Assembly (NCBI RefSeq): GCF_020745735.1
Contig: NC_083402.1
Coordinates: forward strand, 25,372,004 to 25,436,003
Length of the DNA stretch: 64,000 nucleotides
Source of the DNA: Hemiscyllium ocellatum
Lineage: Eukaryota
Direction: 5' to 3'
In this document: positions 11,458 through 23,789 of the stretch, piece by piece
Layout of the letters: each line of letters opens with the position of its first letter
How positions within the stretch are numbered: position 1 is the first letter of the stretch
Position numbers and translations under genes: made by a program
Notes under the pieces: model-generated
The model's input: only the letters and a program-made list of their open reading frames with translations
Database searches by the model: none
Told to the model about the DNA's origin: nothing

Positions 11458-14329
11458 ATAGGCAAGGCAAGAGGGAAAAGGCAATCAGCTTTTGGCATTA
11501 CATATGACAGCACAATACGTATAGTACTGAGGATGCCAGTAAATTGTTCTCATTATCCTTGATACAGGCATACAGAAAGAAAGTTTAATGCAGAGCACCT
11601 GAAAGGCCTCTGGTTCTCATGAAAAAAGAAACAGACAAAATCTCAGTCCATAAAAATAGCTAGAAATGCATTTTCAAAAGCTGTTTTCAGTACTCATATA
11701 TTCTCATGAGCTTGTTTTTCAAATTGTTTTTATCCCTTCCAGTTGTTAACTTGTCCTGTTTTTTTAGTCAAAAACAAGTTGAACAGTTCCTCATTAATTG
11801 TAATAGAGTCTGATTCTAAAAACAAATCCTTTCCCCTTTGACAAAAAACATTTTTTTATTTTCCCACTTGAGCCTTAGGATAGTTAAAGCTCTTGTTTGT
11901 TACAATTCCATTTCTATAAAATCTGTCAATTGCTATTAAATCTCATGCAGTTTTCCTTCTGACTGTTCAATGGGAAGACCAAAGTCCTAATAGAGGATGA
12001 GAAGGAAATGGACTGGCAACACCAGATATAGAGATTGACGTATCAGTCAGAAAATGAAACATCAGCTCGGCACCATCTGAAAAATATTATGCAAGATCAC
12101 ACCTAAGTTAGTTTCCAGCTGGAAAAAATGTTTTCAGAGATTTTGCTGGATTGACTATCAATGAAAAGGCTCCAGGCTTGGGTGAATATAGACAAGAAAG
12201 CAATCTATGTTGCATTGAGTTTCTCCAAAAAAGTCATTAATATAAACTAGAAGTTGTGTGGTCTTGACTTTCCTGTAACAATATCCTCCAATAACCTTGA
12301 TATAACCAATTAAAACTAATGATTAATACGTTTTGCCTTTCATCCTATTTGTAATCTAGTCTCAAGTTCAACCCCATAAATTTTAATCAATAGCCAATTG
12401 TCATTTAAAAAATGATATTTTGGTGCACATAGTATATACCGTTCCGTGGTCTAGTTCGAACAATGCTTCCTCAAAAATGCCAAAAACTTCACATTTTCAC
12501 ATTTATTACTCTATTGTTGGGTTTGCTTTGATGTGTCTTCCACAGATTACTTCTGGAGGAATATGGCACAAATGTAATTATGGATTAAAAGATCATGAAT
12601 TAAATGGTGTCAAAAAAATAATCAAGCTTTAAATGTTTGGCATATGCTGCCTTGGGACCCTATGGTATCATGTGGTATTCCCTTGTAATATAGACTGGCT
12701 GATATATTTTCCGAATTTAAAATCATACTGTTGATGACTTGTAGTGTTGGAGTATGATATGACTTGCTAGTCAACAGGAACAAGTCCTGCACTCTCGCAA
12801 GTGGGCAATCGGTGTGAGTTGTTAGCAGCTGAAATTTGAAGTAACTATATTTTGCCACCTGTTGTTTATTAAACTGTTAGTTATTGATCTTGCCATTAAT
12901 ATTAGCTGCAATACCATAGGTTATACGAAGACTGCATGAATCTCAAATTCTCAGATGTTTCAGGGCTCTCTTGAGGCAAATAATGTAAAAGCCAATGTTA
13001 ATTCTGCAATGTGAGAATTGAATTTATGCTAATTCTATTAAAAGAATGCCTTTTAGGGTGCCTTCCTCTTTTGCACAATGTATACAAATATTTAGAATAC
13101 CTGACAATTTGTGGAATATTGTCAGTAAATCTATGGTTTCATTCTCAAGAATTTTTTTCTTTAGCACTAATCATTCTAAATGCTTCCTGTTCTTCGTTAC
13201 TCCTTCATTGACCCCACTTACTTCTCTAGCTCTCATCCATTTTCAGTTCTGAAAGCTCTATCTTGTGACCTGCAATACAACTGGAATTAAAGATCAAATT
13301 TGGTTTCCAAAGTGCTGCCTTAAGTAGCACAGTTAACAGAAGCACTGTCTAATGTGGAGTCTCTGTCTTCAAGTAATTGTAACCTTTCAACCCCTTTTCT
13401 TAGACCCTTGAACTGTCCTGAGTGACCTATTGAAAGCCGTGAGTTGTGGCACTCAGCTATTACTGGACAAATTGAATGACCATCTCACAACTCTTTGATC
13501 TGTCCCCTACCATAAAAATCATAGCTTGCAGTTTGTTCCCACATTAAGTAGATACCAATACAGGATTCCATCATAAAAGATCGGAACCATCAAAAGGTTC
13601 AGAATGTATTTGGAGAACTTTTCCAAGAGTCCTGGGCAGTGTGGGAATTGTCCAAATTTCCCAAGCAACTCCCACAGAGGTCAATGCAGTACAATGTCCA
13701 AGGGGTCCAATTATACATCTTGGGTGGTAAACCCAGCCTCCAACAATCCAGAGGTTGCAAAATCTGTACCATAATCCATGGCTTTTTTCTTGAATAACCT
13801 GTGGAAAAGAGTTTTACAAAGTCAAAAGTGATCAGAAAAACAGATGCTAAATCAGAATGTAAAAATATTATCAGAATATCTGTAGGAAAAATTGCCATCA
13901 ATCTGTTTTTATTATTTATGATGCACCTACAGCAGCTAAAAGTTGTTGTTCACTAAAATGGAAAACAGATAGTATTCTTCTTTTGCACAATTAAAAATTT
14001 ATCAATGCAAAATCAAAGTATATTAGCTTGTCTTTGATGTTCTTAAATTATTTAATTCTGTTCATGGTTCTTTCAGAAGTTGTTTACTTTTATTATATAA
14101 ATGAAATTAACAATATTCCAACTCATTTGATTGTACTACACATTCAAATGCAAGATGTTTAAAGATATATTGCTCTGACCAGTAATTAAGTGTCTTCAAA
14201 AATAGTGTTATGAGTATCTCTAGTTTATAGGGAGAAAGACGAAAGCAATTGGACTGAAGCAATGATAGCACGGTTCCCAGACTCTCAAATCCAATACATT
14301 TATGCTGATGTTACCAATAAACAGTCACA

Positions 14330-14526
14330 TAGGGTGGAATTTAATCTGGGTCTGTCCCGACCACTGGAGAGTAAGTAGGAGCTCCACCTGACCTCTGAGG
14401 GAACGCTCACCATAATATGTGGTAATGAAGCAGTTTTGTGGTCAGCTTTGCATCTTCCCCATAATTTGGAAATTGGGCCAGAGTTGGGGAGGGGATGATG
14501 GGGATGAATGTTGGAAATCTTGCCCT
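14330..14526. mobile_element. Possible decayed MITE (Harbinger-type ends)
   Basis: Imperfect terminal inverted repeats agggtggaattt / aaatcttgccct. Confidence 0.4.
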
Positions 14527-14782
14527 CCATAAGCTTCTTATTGCTCTCACCACTACGCGTGCATGTAGTGCAAGCAGAAACATGTTTCAATGTGGGGTCA
14601 AATGTAGTGAAATGGTGGATCTCAGGATATTTGTGGTCAGCACTGGAGGAAATGATAAACTTTAAGGGAGGGGGTGGTTTATTGGCAGTGCCCAGCACCA
14701 AGGTGTGGTAAAGAAGGTGTGTAGAGAATCAATGCAACATCAATGTGTAATGTCAGAGATTGAGTTTGATAAGATATGACAA

Positions 14783-15283
14783 GAGATCAGTGTCAAGAGT
14801 GTGGTGCTGTAAAAGCATAGCCAGTCACACAGCATCTGAAGAGCGGGATAAGCCCTTCATCAGAAATTAGGCTAGTTGGGTGAGGGGCTGAGAGATAAAT
14901 TGGAGGGGGGTGGGTTGGGGGGAAAGATAGCTGAGAGTGCAATAAGTAGATGGAGGTCAGGGTGAAGGTGATAGGTCAGAGAGGAGGGTGGATGTGGATA
15001 GGCAGGAAGGCAGGTGGACAGATAGGACAGGTCAAGAGGGTGGTGGTGAGATGGAAGCTTAGATCTTGGATAAGGTAGGGAGAGGGGAAATGAGGGAACT
15101 GTGAGATCCATATTGATCCCAAGTGGTTGGAGGGCCCCAAGTTTTAAGATTAGATGTTCTTCCTCCAGTAGGCAGGTCGTAAGGGTTTGGAGATGGAGGA
15201 GGCCCAGGACCTGCACATCCTTGGGGGAATGGGAAGGGAAGTTAAAGTGTTCAGCCATCGGGCAGTGGGGTTGCTGGGCTGCA
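14783..15283 (-). mobile_element. PLE family 1 fragment (GIY-YIG C-terminus + pseudo-LTR, hammerhead partly deleted)
   Basis: ORF 14872..15327 PMAEHFNFPSHSPKDVQVLGLLH..EEEHLILKLGALQP. Confidence 0.88.
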
Positions 15284-15623
15284 CAATAAAGAACCCTGAA
15301 ATAAAACTCACTATAGCTAATAATCACTTAGCCAAAAAAAAAGTAAGATTCAACTCAAAATTTCTAATAATTGGACATTCCGTGGAAAATAACAGATGTG
15401 TTCTGATGTGCTGATAATGCTAAAGTGCAGCTTATGCATGTTTATCTCAATGACTCCAAAGGTCATGTCATGACATTTATGGATTCATTCTAATGTAACC
15501 AATGAAGTGCTTATTTGTAGGAATTCCTTATCATGTTGAAGCATTTGGAGAACCTCAAAGTGCCCATCATTGGCCGATGGAGCAAAATGAATAAGACATG
15601 ACGAGATGATATGAAATATAAAA

Positions 15624-15821
15624 GGAGAAAGTGAGGACTACAGATGTTGAAGATTAGAGTCAGGATTAGAGTGGTGCTTGAAAAGTACAGCAGGTCAGGC
15701 AGCATCCAAGGAGCAGGAAAATCGACATTTCGGGCAGGAGCCCTTCATCAGGAACGTCGATTTTCTGCTCCTCGGATGCTGCCTGACCTGCTGCGCTTTT
15801 CTAGTACTACTCTAATCCTGA
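15624..15821. mobile_element. Palindromic (inverted) PLE pseudo-LTR pair
   Basis: 15660-15726 is the near-perfect reverse complement of 15756-15821. Confidence 0.9.
15721..15754 (-). ncRNA. Hammerhead ribozyme motif in the palindrome loop
   Basis: CUGAUGA-A-GGGC UCCU GCCC-GAAA-UG-UC (CpG decay in helix III). Confidence 0.7.
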
Positions 15822-15838
15822 TGTATGTATAGAAGTCA

Positions 15839-16385
15839 CCTCAGGGACGCCCGGACCAACCAACCCAACCACCCCGTGGCTCAAAACTTTAACTCTCCCT
15901 CCCACTCCACCGAGGACATGCAGGTCCTTGGACTCCTCCACCGGCATAACATAACAACACGACGGTTGGAGGAAGAGCGCCTCATCTTCCGCCTGGGAAC
16001 CCTCCAACCACAAGGGATGAACTCAGATTTCTCCAGTTTCCTCATTTCCCCTCCCCCCACCTTGTCTCAGTCGGTTCCCTCAACTCAGCACCGTCCTCCC
16101 AACCTGCAATCTTCTTCCTAACCTCTTCGCCCCCACCCCACTCCGGCCTATCACCCTCACCTTGACCTCCTTCCACCTATCACATCACCATCGCCCCTCC
16201 CCCAAGTCCCTCCTCCCTACCTTTTATCTTAGCCTGCCTGGCACTCTCTCCTCATTCCTGAAGAAGGGCTTATGCCCGAAACGTCGAATTTCCTATTCCT
16301 TGGATGCTGCCTGACCTGCTGTGCTTTAACCAGCAATACATTTTCAACTGTGATCTCCAGCATTTGCAGACCTCATTTTTTACCC
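15839..16385 (+). mobile_element. PLE family 1, 5'-truncated, with TSD
   Basis: HLRDARTNQPNHPVAQNFNSPSHSTEDMQVLGLL..RRLEEERLIFRLGTLQP; 12-bp TSD gtatagaagtca at 15827-15838 and 16386-16397. Confidence 0.92.
16254..16289 (+). ncRNA. Minimal type I hammerhead ribozyme
   Basis: auuc-CUGAAGA-A-GGGC UUAU GCCC-GAAA-CG-UC-gaau; perfect 4-bp helix I. Confidence 0.82.
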
Positions 16386-17174
16386 GTATAGAAGTCAGTC
16401 TATTTTCAAGTATTCAACACAGACCTATCCCGTTTAAAGAATCTTCTGATTACATGTTTTTTCAATACCTTTGCAGATTATTTTTCCATGGATAATTTGG
16501 AAAGCAGGTTTGTTTGAATGTGTATTCTCATGGCTGTCCTCTGTGTTAGAAGAGTCACGGAGCACTTCCACTGTGGGTTTATCAGTGATTACCAGGCTTA
16601 TGCAATTAGACATGACATATCAGTCGAAGCTCGTGGTAAGATCTTCAGGTTTTGAAGTAAGAGGCTTACAAAATGAGAATAAATGTCACCATCATGTAAC
16701 CTGCAGCATGGCACTCCCAGCATTTTCCAGTTTAAAGTTAATCCTCAGCTTCTTGGTAAAGTTCAGAAAATATGTGCTTGGATATCAGAAATCTCTGGAA
16801 AAAACAATTGCTTGTGAGGTGTGAACGCAACACCCATTTCAATTTGGTTTGAAACATACAAAATTATATTCACTGTAAGCATTGTGTCTGTCTGCATTTT
16901 TTGCAGCATATAAATTGTGAAACATATTTTGTGCGCAGGCATCTTTATATTATCAAGGGTAAAACAGATGCTGTATTTCCTGATTAGAATATCTTATTCA
17001 CAACACTATTTGCTGCCTCAAAGGCTGCATCCCAGCTCTTTGGAATAACGTGTATTATAAAGGTTTGTGTATGCATTTGTTTTAAACATTTCTGGATATG
17101 AGTGCTGCTGGCATGGCCAATATCTGTTGCCTCTCACTGCACCACATGAGGGACCTTTTTTTAGTTTAACTTAT

Positions 17175-17275
17175 TTTTCTAATCAACCTGTTCAGAGATG
17201 TTATTACACATCTCTGGAGCAGGTGGGACTTGAACTCCGGGTTCTCGACTCTGGGGTCGGGACACTATCACCGCA
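17175..17275 (-). mobile_element. Short tRNA-derived SINE
   Basis: Reverse complement of 2745-2855. Confidence 0.75.
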
Positions 17276-17384
17276 TTCTTTGTACGATAATCCCTATGGG
17301 AATGACTAATTCATCTCCTGTGGAGCTCATTGAACATGAGTTGTCTTGGTAACAGGCAATGACCAGCTCATCACAAAAGAATAA

Positions 17385-18070
17385 AGCAGACCCACTGCCT
17401 TCCTTCCCTCCTCACCTTTGATGGTTTGTATTGTCCCTAACGGGCTTCCCATGCAATTATTTAATTGGCTGCATGGGGAGATCTCTGGTGGTAGTTAGTG
17501 ATTTATACAAGAAAAACAGTCACGGTGATGGCGGTGGGAATGTCACCCAGTTCTGCGACATAACACTTCTGGTAGAAGTGAAAAAAAGAATGCAGACCTA
17601 GTAGGCTCTTGGAACACAGTGATAGTATCCCTAGCTTTGAGCCAGATGGCCTGGGTTCAAGTCTCATCTCCTCCTGAGGTGTATAATGACATCTCTGAAT
17701 AAGTTGATTAGGGGAGAAAAGAAAACACACCCAGTGTGAGAGATGATTGTGCTCTGTTTCTCCCTCTAAATCCATTTTGATTTAGCTCCCTCCCTCACTT
17801 TTGATGGTTGGCCGTGCCTGGAATGGACTTTACATGTGGATATCCAGTTGGCTGCATGAGTGACTTACTGCTGGCAGTTAATAGTAAAGAATAATGTCAT
17901 GGTGCTTAGGTGGTGGGAATGTCATTCAGTTGTGTGTAAGAGCACTTCCGGATATATGAAAAAAAAACAGACCCTGGGATGTGTCTCAGAACTGTCTGAC
18001 CCATGCTGTGTACACCACGGGTAGTGGCTCTATTTTGGTCTTCAACAATAAATCAAGTTGGAGTTCTTGA
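17385..18070 (+). repeat. Second locus of the ~190 bp tandem unit, with a short SINE (17603-17712) between units
   Basis: cctcac(c/t)tttgatggtt..ttggctgcatg..ggtgggaatgtca..cacttc blocks shared with 2860-3240. Confidence 0.7.
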
Positions 18071-18109
18071 ACTTTTATACTCTTGTATTATGGCTCAACT
18101 GTTGAATAT

Positions 18110-18375
18110 CATCATAGCAGATATTAGAATTTAAATTTATCAAAAATCTGAATTAAGTCTAATGGTGGCCACAAATCCATTGTCAATTGTTGGAAAAATT
18201 CATCTGATTCATTCAAGTCCTTTAGGAAGGAAATTGCAATCTTTACCTGATCTGGTCTATATGTGACTCCAGACCCACTGCAATGTGGTTAACTCTTCCC
18301 TGCTCTTAGGCAATTAGGGATCGGCAACAAATGCTGGCTTAGCCAGTGATGCATTCATCCCATGTGTAGATAAAA
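18110..18375 (+). mobile_element. SINE family B, 5'-truncated
   Basis: aatctgaattaagtcta..gtgactccagaccc..ggcaattagggat..aaatgctggc; homologous to 60122-60564. Confidence 0.8.
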
Positions 18376-18410
18376 AGAAAATTGAACCATTCATGGGTAA
18401 CATCAGGAAG

Positions 18411-18519
18411 TATCGGTGCTCTGAAAGCTAATGCTTCCAAATAAACCTGCTGGACTATAACCTGGTGTTGTGTGATTTTTAATTTTGTCCACCCCAATCC
18501 AACACCGGCACCTCCAAGT
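18411..18519 (+). mobile_element. Pseudo-LTR-only insertion of PLE family 2
   Basis: Matches 55870-55975; 10-bp TSD catcaggaag at 18401-18410 and 18520-18529. Confidence 0.88.
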
Positions 18520-20099
18520 CATCAGGAAGCATGTCATCAAAGGACAGAAGAATGATAGAATCAGCTTCCAGAAAAATGTTGATGACAGGTATAACTTTCC
18601 ATGTAGGTCAGAAAGCATGGAAATCAAGGAAGACTTTGTAATGGTTGCAATATGTCAAACTCAATGAAATGTGGAATGTTTAATGCCCACCTGTTTTTCT
18701 TATCAGTTCCTTCACATCAGAAGGAAAAGCCTCTTGTACTTTGCATTACAATGTCCTAGATTTACTTCTCCAGTCCTTTACCTGCGAAGTAGTGAGATTT
18801 GAAGTAACTTGCTCATAAAACATCAGCATGGAAATAGACTTGCCCGACCCAGAGCCTTTGTTCACAATACAGCTTGATTCACATGATGATTGAGGACCTC
18901 GTTTCAACAAATTTTCAATTACACTGCCCAATATAAAGCAGATGTTACACTACTTCTGAAAAATAAAATCCATAAAATGCCCTAAAAATTCTGCCTTTCA
19001 ATGCTGGCCTGCCCATAACATTTCCAATGTGATGAGCAGAAATCTCATACTAATCAATAAAGGCTAAAACATTAATAAGCAGGGCTCACTACAAGGAACA
19101 AGTGTGACAGAGCCTTATGTTTGTAAAGGAAGAGCCTCATCACTGGACTGCAAGGCTGGTTTGCTTTTAGACAGCCTGGCATTGGCTACACTCAGGAAAA
19201 TCTGATGTTGGTCTGCCTGTTAGGCTGTTGAGCTGCCTTCTAGAACTGCTGCAGTCTCCTTGAGGTGTAGGTGCTGCTAAGGAAGGTGTTCCAGGATTTT
19301 GACCTTGTGAAGCTGAGAGAATTATGATATAATTCCAAGCCAGGGGTGCATGGCTTGAAAAGGAGTTTGTTGCCATTGTTATCCCATACCTACATTTCTG
19401 GGCTAGTGTCTTTTACTTGATTTGGTTCTCATTAATATTTTAAGGTGGAGCTGATGATACTATTTGTTAGATACCTTCAGTATTTATGACAGAAATTCAG
19501 CATTTATGATAGTAATTCATGATGGAATTACAGAGTCATGTGCTGTGAGAGAGTTGAATTGACATTACTAGAATTGCATTCGTTACCAATAGCACTTCAG
19601 GTTCACCTGATAATTCTGCTTCCTTTTGACATCATCAGAACTGACTTGAAGAATTATTGAGCCCGAAGATATGAGGGAGTTTAATTAGCCTGAAGCTGAA
19701 GCAATCTGTGTTAGCGATTATATCCACTGATGCTTTTTTGCACTGTTGGACTCCAAGCCAATTCCCTGGGTGACTTCAGAAAAGAGTTTAAATAAAACAT
19801 TTCCTATTCCCAAGAGCAGCAGAAGTAAATGGTGAATTTTAGTTTAGTTTTTGGAAATCTATAATTTACACAACATTCTGAAATGACTCTCCAAAAGGAG
19901 TACCCCACTCCTGTTGAAATTTCTTCAGCATTTGCAAAACACTGATCCAACTTGACTCAGTGACCTGTTAGATTAATATTGCCTTATTTTGTCTGGTACA
20001 GAAGAAACACAGGCTTCAAAAGGCAAGTTTCTGGGCGACATCCTCCATTCCCTCATGCCTTCTGGCATGCATGAGACAGTAGCCAAAACTCAATCTGTG

Positions 20100-21897
20100 C
20101 AAAAGCCGAAGTTGCTGGTCTGGCAGCATCTGTGAAAAGAAATCAGAGTTAACATTTTGGGTCCACTGACCCTTCCCCAGAACTGATGCCAGCCCGCAAA
20201 CTGTTGGTTCTTATGCAGAGTGGGAGGAGGGGGTAAGGAGTAAATGCTAGGTGGGGGCAGTGTCCAAAGTTGGACAGGTTAAGGAGTCGACAACAATCTG
20301 GCTGGAAGGATGAATAGCTGTTAGCGGCTAACAATAGGTAATATGTAATCGTGGGCTATGTGATATCAAGGCCTGGTGTGTAGGATTGGGGGGCTAAGAC
20401 ATGGGAGAGTTCTGGCCCTGAAGTTATTGAACTTGACATTGAGTCCAGAGGGCTGCAGAATCCCCGATAGGAAAAGGAGGTGCAGTTCTTCCAGCTTATG
20501 CTGCGTTTCACTGGAGCACTGCAGCAAGCCTGAGTCAGAGGTGTTGGCCAAGAGCAGGGTGGTGTGCTAACGTAGCAGGCAACAAGAAGCTCGGTCTTTT
20601 TTGAGGGTAGAACATAGATGTTCTGCAACATGGTCACCCAGTCTATGCGTAATTTCCCCAATGTAGAGGAGACCACATTGTGAGCACAATGCAGTCGACT
20701 AGATTGTGAGAAGTGTGTGTAAAGTGTTGTTTCACCTGGAAGCAATGTTTGAGCCCTTCGATATTAAGGAGGGAGGGAGTAAATGAGCAGATGTTACACC
20801 TTTGGCGGTTGCAGGTGAAGGTGCCATGGGGCTTTGAGGAGTTGTTGTATATGAGGGAAGAGTGGACCAGAGTGTTTCAAAGGGAACAGACAAGGGACGG
20901 GAAGGAAATATGTCTCAGCTGGTGGCATATCGCTGGAGATGGCAGAAATGGCAGCTGATGATCCTCTGGATGTGGATGCTGGTGGGATGGTAGATTTGAT
21001 CAAAGGGAGCATAGTTACTATTGCGGAAGAGAACAGAGGGGGTGAGGGCGGAAATGCAGGAGATGGATCAGACCTGTTAGAGGGCCCTGTTGCCAACGGT
21101 GCTGGGGGATCCTCAGCTAAGGAAGAAGGTAGACATTTCAAAGATTCCCTTGCCTTAATGGAACACATGCGATGGAGATGGAAGAACTGGGAGAATGGAA
21201 TGGAGTCTTTACAGGAAACAAGACGTGAGAATGTATAGTCCGGGTAGCTGTGGGAGTTGGTGGGTTTATAGTGGATATTAGTGGCCAATCTATCCCTAGA
21301 ATTGGAAACAAAGAGGACGATGAAGGGAAAGATAGAGTCAGAGATAGACCAGATGAAAGTGAGGGCGGAGTGGATATTAGAAGCGAAATTGACAGATATT
21401 TCCAAATCCGAACAGTAGAGGGAAGCGGCACAGATGATATCATTGAGATATTGGAGAAAGAGTTGTGGGTTGGGGGCCAGATAAGACTGGAACAAGGAAT
21501 GTTCCATGTACCCCACAAAGAGACAGGGATAACTGAGGCCCATGAACATATCATTGGCCACCCCTCTGACCTGAAGGAATTGAGAGGAGTTAAAAAAGAA
21601 GTTGTTGAGGGTGAGCACGAGCTCAGCCAAGTTGAGAAGAGGGGTGGTGGGTAGGGATGCTTCAGGCCTTTGCTCTAAGAAGAAGCGAAGAGCCCTGAGA
21701 CCATCCTGTTGGGGGATGGACATGTAAAGGGTTTGTACCTCTGTGGTAAAGAGGAGACAGCTGGTGCCTGCAAACTGGAAATTCTGAAGCTGGTGAAAAG
21801 CGTCAGAGGAATCACGGATGTACGTGGACAGGGACTGGACCAGGGGAAAAAAGACTGAGTGAAGGTCAGAAGAGATGAGCTCTGTGGGACAGGCTCT
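20100..21897 (-). mobile_element. Penelope-like element, long decayed copy (RT + GIY-YIG + pseudo-LTR with degenerate hammerhead at ~20147-20185)
   Basis: ORF 20794..21903: TYIRDSS, LYMSIP, FLQVRGVA..MG.SYPCLFVG, FLQYLNDI (YIDD), IHYKPTNSHSY, IPFSQF are PLE RT motifs; frameshifted GIY-YIG downstream. Confidence 0.92.
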
Positions 21898-22147
21898 AAC
21901 CATGCCTTATCCCAGTGCCACTGGAAACTTCTCCAGTTCTCGAACTTCACCTCTAGGCAGCCAGCTATGTATTTATCCATGTCCATTTCCAGTGTGTAAT
22001 TGCACAGCAAGCCATTCAGGAGGCTTGCCAAATAATATCAGGCTGGCGACTCACAGGAACTTCCAGGACATTTACCTGTACCATGTGCTGACTTCCTAAA
22101 AAGCATTAAAATTCTCCTTATAATGATAGCTTCAGACTGAAGGACAC

Positions 22148-22493
22148 ACTTAGAACTTAGAATCCCGGCAGCATGGAAACAGGCCCTTCAGCCCAGGAGG
22201 TCCACACCGATCTTCCGAAGAGTAACTCAGCCTGACCCATTCCCTTATTTCCTCCATATTTTCCCTGACTAATGTATGTAACATTACGGGCAATTTAGCA
22301 TGGCCAGTCCACCAAACCTGCACATCTTTAGATCGTGAGAGGAAACTGGAGCACCCGGAGGAAACCTGCGCAGACACATGGGGAACGTGCAAACTCCACA
22401 CAGACAGTCCCCTGAAGCTGGAATCAAACCTGGGTTCCTGGTGCTATGAGGCTGCAGTGCTCACCACTGTGCCACCATGCCACTGTGCCACCA
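22148..22493 (-). mobile_element. HE1-type V-SINE
   Basis: Full head, V-domain and tail. Confidence 0.9.
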
Positions 22494-23229
22494 CACACTC
22501 ACTTGCATTCACACATTCACTCACTCACACTCTCACTCACTCACATGAAGACACAATTTGGCTGACTGTGCCAGTATTCAACTCTTTGAAGGAGTTCTAA
22601 TGAAAAATCACAGACAGGAAGTGTTAACTCTGTTTTCCCCTGCACAGATCCTGCCTGACCTGCTGAGTATTTCCAGCACTTACTGTTCTGACCTTTGAAA
22701 GAATTATCCAAATCCTTTCACTCTCCTTCTCTTTATGCTATGGTCCAGCAAATTTCTCCTTTTCAAGCATGCATCCAATATTTTTAAAAGTTCCCTTTAA
22801 ATCTGTTTCCACTCCCTTTTTGGGAATAATAACTTGAAGCTTCTGTGGTATGGTTTTAAAAGTAAATCTGGATGATAGTTCTTATGGAAGAGAATGTGTG
22901 AGTAATAGTCCATTACAAGTGATTTTTAACCTTTTAACCTTTCCAATGTGTTCTAATATCCTCCAGTTAATATTGCATAAAAGAAAACCAAGGAATTTGG
23001 TACATAATAATCAGCAGGGACTGTGTTCACACACTAATCATCACCTGGTATTTAGGATTGCCCATTATATGCTGCTGTTTCTGGGAGTGTTGTGTTACAA
23101 TAAGAAAAAAGGGAAATTTGAAACCCTGTACTGTCTGAATTTGTCCTTCTGGTCAACTCCCCGAAATATGCTAAATCATAACCTCAGCAATGTTATTGTT
23201 TCGATACAGGTCGTTGGATGTAACTTTTC

Positions 23230-23783
23230 AGCTTTTCAGCTCTGCTGATGCTGAAATCATCATCCATGCCTCTGTTATCTTGAGACTCACTCAATTATTC
23301 TACCACACTCCTCCTGGCTTCACACCTTCTACTGTCCATGAACATGGAGAGATCTGTCTGCTGCCGCTGTCTTAATTTGCAACAAATCACATTCCCCTGT
23401 AACTTCTGTGCTTGTTTATTTACATTAGATCCTTTCTCAAGCAACAATTCATTTTAAACTTTCTCATCCTTGATCTTGTCTCAGCCTATCTTATTGATCT
23501 CCACCAACTCAACAAACCTCTGAGATATCGCACTCATCTAACATTGGCCACTGTACATTTCCAATTGTAAATGCTTTCCCATTGCTGGATGTGCCTTCAG
23601 TTACCTGGGCTTTAAGCTCTGTGATTCCCTCATTACATCTCTTCACGTCACGCACTTCCTTGTCCTTGTAACTTAAGATCTTTTTATGTGGTTTGCTGAC
23701 ACGTGGTTGTTTTATAATGCTCCTGTGAAGCCCTTGGGATATTTCATTACATTAAAAGGTGTGAAATACATATAAGTTTGTTG
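23230..23783 (+). mobile_element. L2-type LINE 3' fragment
   Basis: tgccttcagttacctgggc..ctctgtgattccctc..ctcctgtgaagcccttggga..aaaaggtg tail. Confidence 0.6.
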
Positions 23784-23789
23784 CATAAG

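Noticed and set aside
20794-21903. 369-aa ORF as a functional gene
   Set aside because: Decayed PLE RT: catalytic YIDD reads YLND, the frame shifts before the endonuclease, and the 5' end is truncated
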